From positions 82,836,046 to 82,860,226 of the forward strand of contig NC_057711.1 in assembly GCF_004010195.1 (NCBI RefSeq): a stretch of 24,181 nucleotides of DNA. The letters run 5' to 3'. The stretch is from Chiloscyllium plagiosum (lineage: Eukaryota). Each line of letters begins with the position of its first letter. Positions within the stretch are counted from its first letter, which is position 1. The translations under genes were made by a program, and so were the position numbers. The notes beneath the pieces were generated by a model. It saw only the letters and a program-made list of their open reading frames with translations, was not told the origin of the DNA and made no database searches. Shown in pieces: positions 10,441-21,525 of the stretch.

Positions 10441-10747
10441 TTAGATTAGATTCCCTACAGTGCAGAAACAGGCCCTTCAGCCCAACAAGTCCACACGGAC
10501 CCTCCGAAGAGTAACCCACCCCGACCCATTTCCCTCTGACTAATGCACCTAGCACTATGGGCAATTTAGCATGGCCAATTCACCTGCACACCTTTGGACT
10601 GTGGGAGGAAACTGGAGCACCCAGAGGAAACCCATGCAGACACAGGGATAATGTGCAAAGTCCACACAGATAGTTGTCCAAAGCAGGAATTGAACCTGGG
10701 TCTCTGGCGCTGTGAGGCAGCATTGTTAACCACTGAGCCACCATGCC
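10441..10747 (-). mobile_element. HE1/V-SINE-like SINE, second copy in tandem
   Basis: A box TGGCTCAGTGG, B-box-like GGTTCAATTCC, V-domain and (TCTAA)n tail. Confidence 0.92.
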
Positions 10748-10904
10748 ACATTGTAATGTACATATGCTGCATCTGCTAATTGTGCTTTCCAGGCTCAACA
10801 TTCTTGTTGTATGTAAGTTTGTGGTGAGATAACTGGCAATGAAGGGTTTGAACTCATCAAATACTCCTTCATGTGTACACCCTCTGAAGAACATATCACC
10901 TAGA

Positions 10905-11147
10905 CGTATTCCCTTACCCTATCCCTGTAACCCTGTGTTTCCCATGGCTAACCTACGCATCCCTGAACACAATGGGTAACTTAGCATGTCCAATTCACCT
11001 AACTTGCACATCTTTGTCCTGTGAGAGGAAACCGGAGACCTGACAGAAGCTCACGCAGACACAGGGAGAACGTGCAAACTCCACACAGACAGTCATCTGA
11101 GGCTGGAATCGAGCCTGGGTCCCTGGCACTGTGAGGTGACTCTGCTA
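10905..11147 (-). mobile_element. HE1/V-SINE-like SINE, older and partial
   Basis: Similar to the other copies over the B box and V-domain. The A box and 3' tail are missing. Confidence 0.8.
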
Positions 11148-11233
11148 GGAAGTATTCTAGAAACCCAGTTTAAGTTTATCAGTCAGGTAAAGTATTGTGT
11201 TAGAAGCTACATATATTAACATACAAGACTATT

Positions 11234-13328
11234 CATAGAGTCATAGAGTCGTAGAGATGTACAGCACGGAAGCAGACCCTTCGGTCCAACTCATCCATGT
11301 TGACTAGATATCCCAACCTAATCTAGTCCAATTTGCCAGCATTTAGTCCATATACTTGTAAACCATTCCTAATCACATACCCATCCACATGCCTTTTAAA
11401 TGTTGCAATTGTACCAGCCTCCACCACTTCTTCTGGCAGCTCATTCCATATATCCACCACCCTCTGGTGTATCCCAGAACTCTATGGGAGGCTGGGGAAG
11501 TGACTGCTGGGCCCCTTGCTGAGTTATTTATATCATCAATAGTCACAGGTGAGGTACTGGAAGAATGGAGCGTAGCTAACGTGGTGCCACTATTTAAGAA
11601 AGGTGGTAAGGACAAGCCAGGGAGTTATAGACCAGTGAGCCTGATGTCGGTGGTGGGCAAGGGAACCCAGAGGGACAAGGGTATTTGGAAAGGCAAGGAC
11701 TTATTAGGGATAGTCAACATGGCTTTGTGCTTGGGAAATCATGTCTGATGAACTTGCTTGAGTTTTTTAAAGTGTGAGCTTTTATTGGTAGAGGGATTGA
11801 GTTTCGGTAATGTGACGTCATGCTGCAGCTGTACAAAACTCTGGTGCGGCCTCACTTGGAGTAGTGCGTACAATTCTGGTCACTGCATTATAGAAAGGAT
11901 GTGGAAGCTTTGAAAAAGGTTCAGAGGAGATTTACTAGGATGTTGCCTCATATGGAGAGAAGGTCTTATGAGGAAAGGCTGAGGGACCTGAGGCTGTTTT
12001 CATTAGAAAGGTTGAGACAAATAAGATAATCAGAGGGTTAGACAGGGTGGACAGCGAGAGCCTTTTTCCTTGGATGGTGATGGCTAGTACAAGGGGACAT
12101 AGCTATAAATTGAGGGGTCGTAGATATAGGACAGATGTCAGAGGTAGTTTCTTTAGACAGAGAGTAGTAGGGGTGTGGAATGCACTTCCGGCAACGCTGG
12201 TAGACTAGCCAAGTTTAAAGGCATTTAAACTGTCATTGGATAAACATATGGATGAAAATGGAATAGTGTAGGATAGATAGGCTTCAGATTGGTTCCACAG
12301 GTCGGTGCAACATCGAAGGCTGAAGGGCCTGTGCTGCTCTGTAATTCTATGTTCTAAGTAACAAAGTGGATTGATGAGGGCAGAGCAATGGACGTGATCT
12401 ATATGGACTTCAGTAAGACGTTCGACAAAGTTCCCCATGGGATACTGGTTAGCAAGGTTACATCTCATGGAATACAGGAGAATTAGCCATTTGGATACAG
12501 AACTGGCTCGAAGGTAGAAGACAGAGGGTGCTGATGGAGGGTTGCTTTTAAACTGGAGGCCTGTGACCAGTGGAGTACCACAGGATCATTGCTGGGTCCA
12601 CTCCTTTTCGTCATTTAGATAAATGATTTGAATGTGAACATAGTGGTATAGTTAGTAAGTTTGCAGATGACACCAAAATTGGAGCTGTAGTGGACAGCAA
12701 AGAAGGCTACCTCAGGTTACAATGGGATTTTGATCAGATGGCCAATGAGCTGAGGAGTGGCAGATGGAGTTTAATTTAGATAAATGAGGGATGCTGCATT
12801 TTGGAAAAGCAAATCTGAGCAGGACCTGTACACTTAATGGTAAGGACCTGGGGAGTGTTGCTGAACAAAGAGACCTGCAGGTTCATAGCTTCTTGAAAGT
12901 GGAGTCGCAGGTAGATAGGATAGTGAAGAAGGCGTTTGGTATGCTTTCCTTTATTGGTCAGAGTATTGTGTACAGGAGTTGGGAGGTCATGTTGCGGCTG
13001 TACCAGACATTGGTTAGGCCACTGTTGGAATATTGGGTGCAGTTTTGGTCTCCTTCCTATTGGAAGGATGTTATGAAACTTGAAAGGGTTCAGAAAAGAT
13101 TTACAAGACGGTTGCCTGGGTTGGAGGATTTGAACTATAGGGAGAGGTTGAATAGGCTGGGGCTGTTTTCCCTGGAACATCAGAGGCTGAGGGGTGACCT
13201 TATAGAGGTTTATAAAATCATGAGAGGCATGATTAGGATAAAGTCTTTTCCCTGGGGTGGGGGACTCCAGAACTAGACGGCATAGGTTTAGGTTGAGAGG
13301 GGAACTAAGGGTCAACTTTTTCATGCAG
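11234..13328. mobile_element. CR1/HER1-like LINE with 5' inversion: tail on - strand (11234-11466), ORF2 body on + strand (11467-13328, interrupted at 11774-12355)
   Basis: The body runs from VYPRTLWEA through FADD (tttgcagatgac, 12660-12671) to ...tttttcatgcag at 13328. The missing continuation (cagagggtgg...ctctatgactctatg) lies reverse-complemented at 11466-11234. Confidence 0.85.
11774..12355 (+). mobile_element. Nested 5'-truncated CR1 of a second subfamily
   Basis: [13 protein letters not shown] and YRKDVEAL remnants, with tail ttctatgttct. It resembles the reverse complement of 13381-14000. It interrupts the host at LEFF|VTK..DEGRA, with candidate TSD aagt (11770-11773 and 12356-12359). 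Confidence 0.85.
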
Positions 13329-13380
13329 TGGTCAAAAGGAAGTTGGTCATATATTGCACCTATTTCATTAAGAAAAGTAT

Positions 13381-16300
13381 CATAGAACATAGAACAATAC
13401 AGCGCAGAACAGGCCCTTTGGCCCTCGATGTTGTGCCGACATGTGAACTATTCTCAGCTCGTCCCTCTACACTATCCCCAAATCATCCATGTGCTTATCT
13501 AAGGATTGTTTAAATCTCCCTAATGTGGCTGAGTTAACTACATTAGCAGGTAGGGCATTCCACGCCCTTACCACTCTCTGCGTAAAGAACCTGCCTCTGA
13601 CATCTGTCTTAAATCTATTACCCCTCAATTTGTAGTTATGCCCCTCGTACAAGCTGACGTCATCATCCTAGGAAAAAGACTTCCACTGTCTACCCTATCT
13701 AATTCTCTGATCATCTTGTGTGTCTCTATCAAATCCCCTCTTAGCCATCTTCTTGCCAATGAGAACAGGTTCAAGTCTCTCAGCCTTTCCTCATAAAAGC
13801 AGCCTTTCCCTCCAGTCCAGGCAACATCCTGGTAAATCTTCTCTGCACCTTTTCCAATACTTCCACATCCTTCCCGAAATATGGGGACCAGAACTGTACA
13901 CAAGTGTGGCCTCCACCAGCGTTTTGTATAGTTGCAGCATGATATTGTGGCTCCGGAACTCAATCCCTCTACGAATTAAACCTAACACACCATATGCCTT
14001 CTTAACAGCACTATCCACCTGGGTGGCAACTTTCAGGGATCGGATCTATGTACATGGACTCCAAGATCCCTCTGCACATCCACACTACCAAGAATTTTCC
14101 ATTGACTTTGCCTTCCTGTTATTCTTCCCAAAGTGCATCACCTCACATTTAGCTGCATTGAACTCCATTTGCCACCTCTCAGCCCAATTCTGCAGTTTAT
14201 CCAAGTCCCCCACACTGTACCATTCTTCCACACTGTCCACTACTCCACCAACTTTAGTGTCATCTGCAAATTTACTAATCCATCCACCTATGCCTGCGTC
14301 TAAGTCATTTATAAAAATGACAAACAGCAGTGATCCCAAAACAGAGCCTTGTGGCACACCACTAGTAACCGGACTCCAGGCTGAATATTTTCCATCAACC
14401 ATCACTCGCTGCCTTCTTTCAGAAAGCCAGTTTCTAATCCAAGCTGCTAAATCACCCTCAATTCCTTGCCTCTGCATTTTCTCCAATAGCCTACCATGTG
14501 GAACCTTATCAAAGGCTTTACTGAAGTCCATGTATACCACGTCAACTGCCCTACCCTCATCTACATGCTTGGTCACCTTCTCAAAAAACTCAATGAGGTT
14601 TGTGAGACACGACCTGCCCTTGACGAAATCATGTTGACTATCTGAAATCAAATTGTTGCTTGCTAGATGGTTATAAATCTTATCTCTTATAATCCTTTCT
14701 AAAACCTTTCCTTCAGCAGAAGTAAGGCTCACTGGTCTATAATTACCTGGGTCATCTCTACTGCCCTTCTTAAACAAAGGCACAACATTTGAAATCCTCC
14801 AGTCCTCTGGTACCAAACCTGTAGACAATGACGACTCAAATATCAAAGCCAAAGGCTCTGCTATCTCCTCCCTAGCTTCCCAGAGAATCCTCGGATAAAT
14901 CCCATCCGGCCCAGGGGACTTGTGTACTTTCACTCCTTCTAAAATTGATAACACCTGTTCGTAACTAACCTTGATCCTTTCTAGTCTAATATCTCGTACC
15001 TCATTCTTCTCCTCTACAATATTCTCATTTTCCTGAATGAAAACCAATGAGAAGTGTTCGTTTAGCACTTCTCCGATCTCCACAGGGTCCACATTCAACT
15101 TCCCACTTCTGTCTTTGATTGGCTGTATTCATACCCTAATCATCCTTTTATTCCTCACATACCTACAGAAACCTTTAGGGTTCTCCTTTATTCTATCTAC
15201 TAAAGATTGCGTGTGTCCTCTCTTTGTTTTTCTTAACTCTCTCCTTAAATCCTTCCAAGCTGATCTGTAACTCTCCATCGTCTCATCTGAACCATCTTGC
15301 CTCATCAACACATAAGCCTCCTTCTTCTTCGTAACAATAGATGTAATTTCTGTTGTAAACCATGGTTCTCTTACCTTATCACTTCCTCCCTGCCTGACAG
15401 GGGCAAACCTATCAAGGACACGCAAAATGTGTTCCTTAAACCAGCTCCACAATTCCATTGTCTGCATCCCTTGCATTTTTCTACCACATTTTATGCATCT
15501 TAATTCTTGCCTAATCGCATTATAATTGCCCTTGTCCCATTGATAACTCTTGACCTGTGGCATGTACCTATACCTTTCCATCGCTAAACTAAACGTAACT
15601 GAATTATGGTCACTCTCTCCAAAGTGCTCACCTACAACTAAATCAAATACCTGGCCAGGTTCATTACCAAGCACCAGATCCAGTGTGGCCTCCCCTCTTG
15701 TTGGCCCTTCGACATACTGTGTGAGGAAACCCTCCTGTACACATTGGACAAAACCACATCCATCTGACGTACTCGAGCTACAGCATTTCCAGTCAATGTT
15801 GGGGAAGTTAAAGTCCCCCATAATGAACATCCTGTTCCTTTCACTCCTACCCAGAATAATTTTGCTAATCCTCGCTTCCACCTCCCTGGAACTCTGCGGA
15901 GGCCTATAAAAAACTCCAAGCAGTGTGACCTCTCCTCTCCTGTTTCTAACCTCAGCCCACACTACCTCAGTAGACGACTCCTCATCAAAAGTTCTCTCAG
16001 CCACTGTTATACTATCCTTGACTGACAAGGCCACATCTCCCCCTCTTACCGCCTTGCCTGTTCTTAATGAAAGATCTAAACCCTGGAACCTGCAACTTCC
16101 ATTCCTCACCCTGCTCTATCCATGTCTCCGAAATGGCCACAACATCGAAGTCCCAGGTACCTATCCTTGCAGCAAGCTCACCTACCTTATTTCGGATACT
16201 TCTGGCGTTGAAGTAAACACACTTCAAACCACCGTCTGCCATCTCATTCCTGTGACCCTGAAATCCTGTCCCTGACCTTCCTACTCTCATCCTCTTGGGC

Positions 16301-16803
16301 ACTGCGACTACACATCCGGTTCCCATCCCTCTGCTGAGCTAGTTTCAACCCACTCGAATAGCACCAGCAAATTTCCCACCAGGATATTAGTACTCCTCTG
16401 GTTCAAGTGAAGACTGTCCTGTTTGTACAAGTCCCACCTTCCCCAGAATGAGCCCCAATTATCCAAGAACCTGAAACCCTCCCTCCTTCACCACCCTTGC
16501 AGCCACGTGTTCAGCTGATATTTCTCCCTATTCCTTGCCTCGCTATCACGTGGCACGGGTAACAAACCAGAGATAACAACTCTGTTTGTTCTATCTCTCA
16601 GCTTCCACCCTAGCTCCCTGAAATCCTGTGTTACATCCCTATCCCTCTTTCTACCTATATCATCGGTACCTACATGGACAACGATTTGAGACTGGTCACC
16701 CTCTCCCTTCAGGACACCAAATGTACGATCTGAGACATCACGGCAGTTGGGAGGCAACACACCAATCGTGAGTCTTGTTCACTCCCAACAAATGGAGAAC
16801 CTC
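13381..16803 (-). mobile_element. Long CR1 LINE, 5'-truncated in ORF1: SGNH esterase, AP endonuclease, RT, tail (frameshifted)
   Basis: ORF 16488-16760 has VVHVGTDD and VVISGLLPVPR. ORF 16012-16326 has CVYFNARSI and AISETW. ORF 15129-16109 has YRPP, GDFN, LDLVL and SDH. ORF 14085-15098 has YMDFSKAFDKV, GVPQGSVLG and FADD. The (TTCTATG)n tail is at 13381-13395. Confidence 0.96.
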
Positions 16804-17679
16804 AATCCCTGCTGTACTCCCTTTGGAAACATCTTAGCCAATCAGAGTTTACCTGCATGTTCTGAACTTTTTTCAGTAAGCTGAGATTGATGGTTAATGG
16901 TTCCTGTTTCATCTCCATGCCAACCATGGTGCAAGCAATCTGCAGTTTCTCCTTATGTTGTAAATTGGTGTATTGCTTTTCCACGTTTGAATTCTTGCAT
17001 GGCAGGTCCTGATTCGTATAAAATTAAAGTTTTGATTTCATGTTTCTTTTTAGTAATGTTTGAGTTAAACATTCTTGTTTATAGCTATTTGATAGCATCG
17101 ACCTTGCGTATTGTTGAAAAAAGACACATTTTGTTTGTCTTTGCATGTTTTAGCACATTATCAGGAATATTGATGTAAAAGGAGAAAACATTTTCTTATA
17201 TGAGAAGATCGTGCTTATTAGTTGGCAAGTAGACTCGATTAGGGTAGAGATGATACACTGGAGAATGCAGCAGTTAGATTATTACTCACAGTTAACTACC
17301 AAACTTGTTTAAATTCAAACCAGGCAGACTGGCTCTGATTGACATTGTCCTGAGAATGCCTGTTCCCTTTTTTGTTATGATGAAACAAGCACAATGTCAG
17401 TACACATTATTTCTGTTTCCGAAGAACTTGGCTATGAGTCCTAATATATGTAGCTCCATATGCACAAGCGAGCTATGCTACAAGTCCAACTGATAATCTT
17501 ACTTTCGTTGTCAGCATAATTCTTAACACACTCAAAAGTTATTTTCCAGATTCATATCTAATGTTGGACACAGTGTTTTGAGTTTTGCATGAATGGGCTG
17601 ATTAGGTATGATCAGTATCTTGCTTTTTGAGAATAGCTGAAGAGACATTCTGTATGATACAAGCTGCTAGTCTTTGGGA

Positions 17680-18307
17680 TGCATCCAAGGAACAGGAGAA
17701 TCGACATTTCGGGCATAAGCCCTTCTTCAGGAATGAGGAAAGTGTGTCCAGCAGGCTAAGATAAAAGGTAGGGAGGAGGGACTTGAGGGAAGGGCGTTGG
17801 AATTGTGATAGGTGGAGGGAGGTCAAGGTGAGGGTGATAGGCCGGAGTGGGGTGGGGGCGGAGAGGTCANNNNNNNNNNNNNNNNNNNNNNNNNNNNNNN
17901 NNNNNNNNNNNNNNNNNNNNNNNNNNNNNNNNNNNNNNNNNNNNNNNNNNNNNNNNNNNNNNNNNNNNNNNNNNNCTGTCTCCCCAATATAGAGGAGGCC
18001 ACATCGGGTGCAGCGGATGCAATAGATGATGTGTGTTGAGGTGCAGGTGAATTTGTGGCGGATATGGAAGTGTCCCTTGGGGCCTTGGAGGGAAGTAAGG
18101 GGGGAGGTGTGGGCGCAAGTTTTGCATTTCTTGCGGTTGCAGGGGAAGGTGCCGGGAATGGAGGTTGGGTTGGTCGGGGGTGTAGACCTGACGAGGGAGT
18201 CACAAAGGGAGTGGTCTTTTCAGAACGCTGATAGGGGAGGGGAGGGAAATATATCCCTGGTGGTGGGGTCCGTTTGGAGGTGACGGAAATGACGGCGGAT
18301 GATACGT
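17680..18307 (-). mobile_element. Neptune-type Penelope-like element 3' part: Cys-rich linker, GIY-YIG endonuclease start, 3' region with hammerhead motif (17698-17734)
   Basis: The minus strand gives GTFPCNRKKCKTCAHT...FTCTSTHIIYCIRCTRCGLLYIGET up to the gap. After the gap comes attcCTGAAGAaGGGCttatGCCCGAAAtGTC. Confidence 0.9.
17870..17975. other. Assembly gap (106 N)
   Basis: Run of N inside the PLE copy. The true length is unknown. Confidence 1.
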
Positions 18308-18992
18308 TCCCTCTTGGTCAAACATTTGAGGTTGAAGTTAGATTGGGTACTTTTCAGGACCTAAAGTAGTGGCAAAAAGCCAGTTCAAGAGTTTGCATGA
18401 TATACAATGAGATTCATTCTGATCCAGGAAGCCATTGTCTCACAGGATGGATTTTTTGATGTGCCCTATCTTAGCATCATACTTGCAAGGTGTGCAATTG
18501 ACTCAGGTCCTTTTATGAAATGGGCCAAAAAGCCAATCTTATGGCATGTAAAACTGGAGGGGTCCCTGCATATTTATATGAAGTAACCTTGGAGTAGACA
18601 GTACTAAGGAATCCCGAGGCATTGTTCTTGTTATTATTTATGATTGCAGTATGTCACTTTTGATTTTATTTAATGATCATTATTTTCTAGTGACTCTTTT
18701 ACAATGACATTATCAATTAACCCTGCCGCGTAATATAATCAAGATCTAAGACAGCTTTATCCTTTGTCAATTCCATGACATGTTATTCCAGGAAATGGAC
18801 ATAAACACATTCTACAAACTCTCCTTCTGATCACACTTGCTAATTTGTAATACTACCTTTGTTGCATAATCCAATAATTTCTCATTTAATGCTCTGGCCA
18901 ATGGTAAAACTATTGTCAGGAGGTCCACAAACTACTCCCTGCACCACAGTGTTTTCTGATCCCTTCGATTCCTAACTTCCACTAATACTGAA

Positions 18993-19220
18993 TTGAGAGT
19001 GTGTTGCTGGAAAATCACAGCAGATCAGGCAGCATCCAAGGAGCAGGAAAATCGGTGTTTCGGGCCAGCGCCCTTCATCAGGAATGAGGCCTCGTTCCTG
19101 ATGAAGGGCTCCGGCCTGAAATGTTGATTTTCCTGTTCCTCGGATGCTGCCTAACCTGCTGTGCTTTTCCAGCAACACACTCTCAAATCTGATCTCCAGC
19201 ACCTGCAGACCTCACTGTCT
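18993..19220. mobile_element. Older fold-back Penelope-like 3'-end insertion (194-bp palindrome 18993-19186) with TSD
   Basis: The arms are reverse-complementary about GAGG|CCTC at 19089/19090, with about 13 mismatches in 97 bp. It is flanked by cttccactaataCtga (18976-18991) and cttccactaataTtga (19219-19234). Hammerhead-like cores lie at 19094-19129(+) and 19050-19085(-). Confidence 0.88.
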
Positions 19221-19715
19221 TCCACTAATATTGATGCTGCTTCGTGATCTCGAAGACCAAATCTTTTCTTATTAATATCCTTATGTCATTCTTTATTCTT
19301 AGGGCTACAGTTTCCACCTTTGCCATTCTGTATCTCTTTCTAAGATATTGTATACTCTAGAATATTTATCTCCCAGCACTGATCACTTGGAACGATATCT
19401 GTAAGATTGATTTTATTTGCTCCTCAAGTTCATCTTTCATATTGTAGGTGCATCAAGCATTCAACTAAGGAATCTTTGACGTTTTTAAAACTTCTATTAC
19501 CTGCAATTATCTTATTTGCTAATGCACAATTTATGTTAATGTCTCTGTCGCTTCCTGTCTTACTCTGTTTGACTTTACCCACATTAGTATACAGTTTAGT
19601 GGCCTCAACCTTATCCTTTGGATTTCTAAATCACTCCGCAGTACATACTAGATCCCCATAACTGTCTGATTCACAGTTATACCCTGCTGTCCCTACTAAC
19701 CAGCTCTAATGTTCT

Positions 19716-19845
19716 AGGAGAAAGTGAGGACTGCAGATGCTGGAGATCAGATTCAAAAATATGGTGCTGGAAAAGCACAGCCAGTCAGGCAGCATCCGGT
19801 GAGCAGAAGAGTCAATGTTTCGAGCATAAGCTCTTCATCAGGAAT
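19716..19845 (-). mobile_element. 130-bp Penelope-like 3'-end insertion (hammerhead motif to terminus) with TSD
   Basis: It has the same terminus (ctcactttctcct) as 8021-8033. The flanks cagctctaatgttct (19701-19715) and cagctccaaagttct (19846-19860) match at 13/15. The motif attcCTGATGAaGAGCttatGCTCGAAA is at 19810-19845. Confidence 0.85.
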
Positions 19846-20170
19846 CAGCTCCAAAGTTCTCCCAAATCTAAGGGGTGTGATTGCCTACTGGCACAATCCA
19901 GGAAACTCACCCCTTAATGATGTCCCGTAATGCTTTCAATTAAAATTCCAGACCAGCTACTCTGAGCTGAGCTTGCGCAGGTTGCAAGTATGCTTCTCCA
20001 CGATTGCTTTGCATTTCCACAGATTCCCATGTGCGGCATTCATGATATATTGAAATCCTTGCCATGTCTGTCTAGCATTATTTATTTAGTTAATTAGTTG
20101 TCAATTTACATTGCTAAACATTAATTCAGCCATAGTGTAATTTACCAAATGCACTTTATTTTGTTATTAG

Positions 20171-20251
20171 GTTTTACCAATAGTGATTTTCTTCAGCACA
20201 ACAATTTCCGTATTGTATTATCTTGGATTTATACAATGGCTCATTTTGAAG
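20171..20251 (+). CDS. SLC28A3: Internal coding exon of CNT3-like transporter: VLPIVIFFSTTISVLYYLGFIQWLILK
   Basis: T-rich acceptor ttattAG at 20169-20170 and donor AAG|GTatgc at 20252. The exon is 81 nt, phase 0/0. It continues the CNT signature FAFxVLPxIxFFSxxxSxLYYLG. Confidence 0.92.
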
Positions 20252-21224
20252 GTATGCAAATTAAAACACTTTTTAATTATTTTTAAAATTTGGCTATTTG
20301 CCCACACTAAACTCCTATGCATTAGGGTGGGCTGATGACAGGTCATTTATCAGTGTAGATCATTTCAACATGGAAAGAACCATAATTGAGGTTTTCAGTA
20401 TATGTGCTAGACCTTGTTAGAGGACTGTACCCAGAAATATGATGTGAATCAAGTTGCTGTCGAAGCTTAAGATATGTACAATGAGAATGATCACTGGATG
20501 TAGCGATGTTATTTCTTTCCACAAATAATGACAAAAAAAAGTCCTACTCTCAGTCATGTTGCTGGCTTTATAGAACTTAACTTCTGGATGGTGGTTCACA
20601 GAGTGCTCAGTCCTTTATCTAAGTGGGACTGGCTTGCAGTTTAGTGCCTGTTTCTTTTTACAAATAGGGAAATGAGTTGAAACATTTTGTTAAAGCTTTT
20701 TCACTTTATTTGCACGGCTTTTTTTGCATATGCCACCTTCAGATGTAAGTACACCATCCACATTTTGAGGATGGCTGAAAAATGTAAAGAAGACCTTGTC
20801 CCTGAAATCTTTCTACCTTTTTCTCTCCTTTGTGCCTAAATCCGATGGTCTTATTCAAGTTATTGCTTGAATTGTGCTAGAACGTTTGCCCCCTCCACCA
20901 AATCACACCCCAGTTTTCTACCTTTCTGCAATCTTCAAATGAAATCTAGGTACGAATGTGTCACTATAATAACACATTGACACTTTGCAAACTTTGAACT
21001 TAAGCTTTGATACTTTTTTTTCAAAATACCGCTATTCAATACTGTGACAAGGATCATCATAATTCAAATTGATTTAAACAAATGGAGGAATTATATTCAA
21101 TTCTGCATAGGCCTAAAGCTATCAATTGTTAAAAAATAAAGTCAATGATACATTTACAAAAACTATTTTTACAAAACGCTCTGCATTAAAAGTCATTAAT
21201 TACTTGTGGTCCTCCACCTTCCAA

Positions 21225-21525
21225 ACCCATATTCACTTCCGTATAGAAGCACTAGGGCAGCAGATACCTGAGAACACCATGACCTGCACATTCCCCTGCA
21301 AGTTGCTCACCATCCTGACTTTGAAAAATGTTGCCATTCTTTCACTGTTGCTTGATCGAAATCCTGGAGTTCCCTTCCTGACAGCATTGTGGATCAACCT
21401 ACATTATGTAGACAGCAGCAGTTCAAGAAGGTAACTCACCAGCACCACCTTCTCAAGGGCAGCTAGAGATGGGCAAAAATGGTGGCCAGCCAATGCCACC
21501 CATGTCCCACAAGGAAATAAAAAAC
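21225..21525 (+). mobile_element. Old CR1/L2-group LINE 3' end
   Basis: Colinear similarity to 2720-3020 (ttccaaacc...tagaag...cagcaga..gaacacca..acctgca...aaatcctgga...aagggca..tag.gatgggcaa), with an A-rich end. Confidence 0.65.

Larger units (their letters stand above)
17115..18520 (-). mobile_element. Old Poseidon/Penelope-type PLE relic split by a younger PLE (17680-18307)
   Basis: The minus strand at 18510-18335 gives CTPCKYDAKIGHIKKSIL*DNGFLDQ...TTLGPEKYP. From 17678 downward it gives SQRLAACIIQNVSSAILKKQ. Both parallel the relic at 8070-8600. Confidence 0.6.
18690..20050 (-). mobile_element. Old CR1 5' portion (ORF1 zinc-finger/zipper relic and endonuclease relic), hosting two PLE-end insertions
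   Basis: The minus strand gives HECRTWE...QLRVAGLE at ~20040-19945, LNA...KDEL at ~19465-19420 and QNGKGG at ~19330-19312. SILVEVRNRR is rejoined across the insertion at 18992-19220. Confidence 0.55.

Noticed and set aside
13720..14637. 305-aa + strand ORF (and similar ORFs at 12776-13390, 1024-1428 and 15550-15909)
   Set aside because: These are antisense shadows of CR1 ORF2, with no independent protein features.
13381..16803. Intact, autonomous RT-esterase system
   Set aside because: Esterase ORF1 plus APE-RT ORF2 is standard CR1 architecture, and this copy is 5'-truncated and frameshifted.
16830..16845. CCAAT box (tagccaatcag)
   Set aside because: An isolated motif with no supporting promoter context.
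17677..17686. 10-bp palindrome ggatgcatcc at a PLE junction
   Set aside because: Explained by chance juxtaposition of host gggat and element gcatcc. It is too short to call a fold-back.
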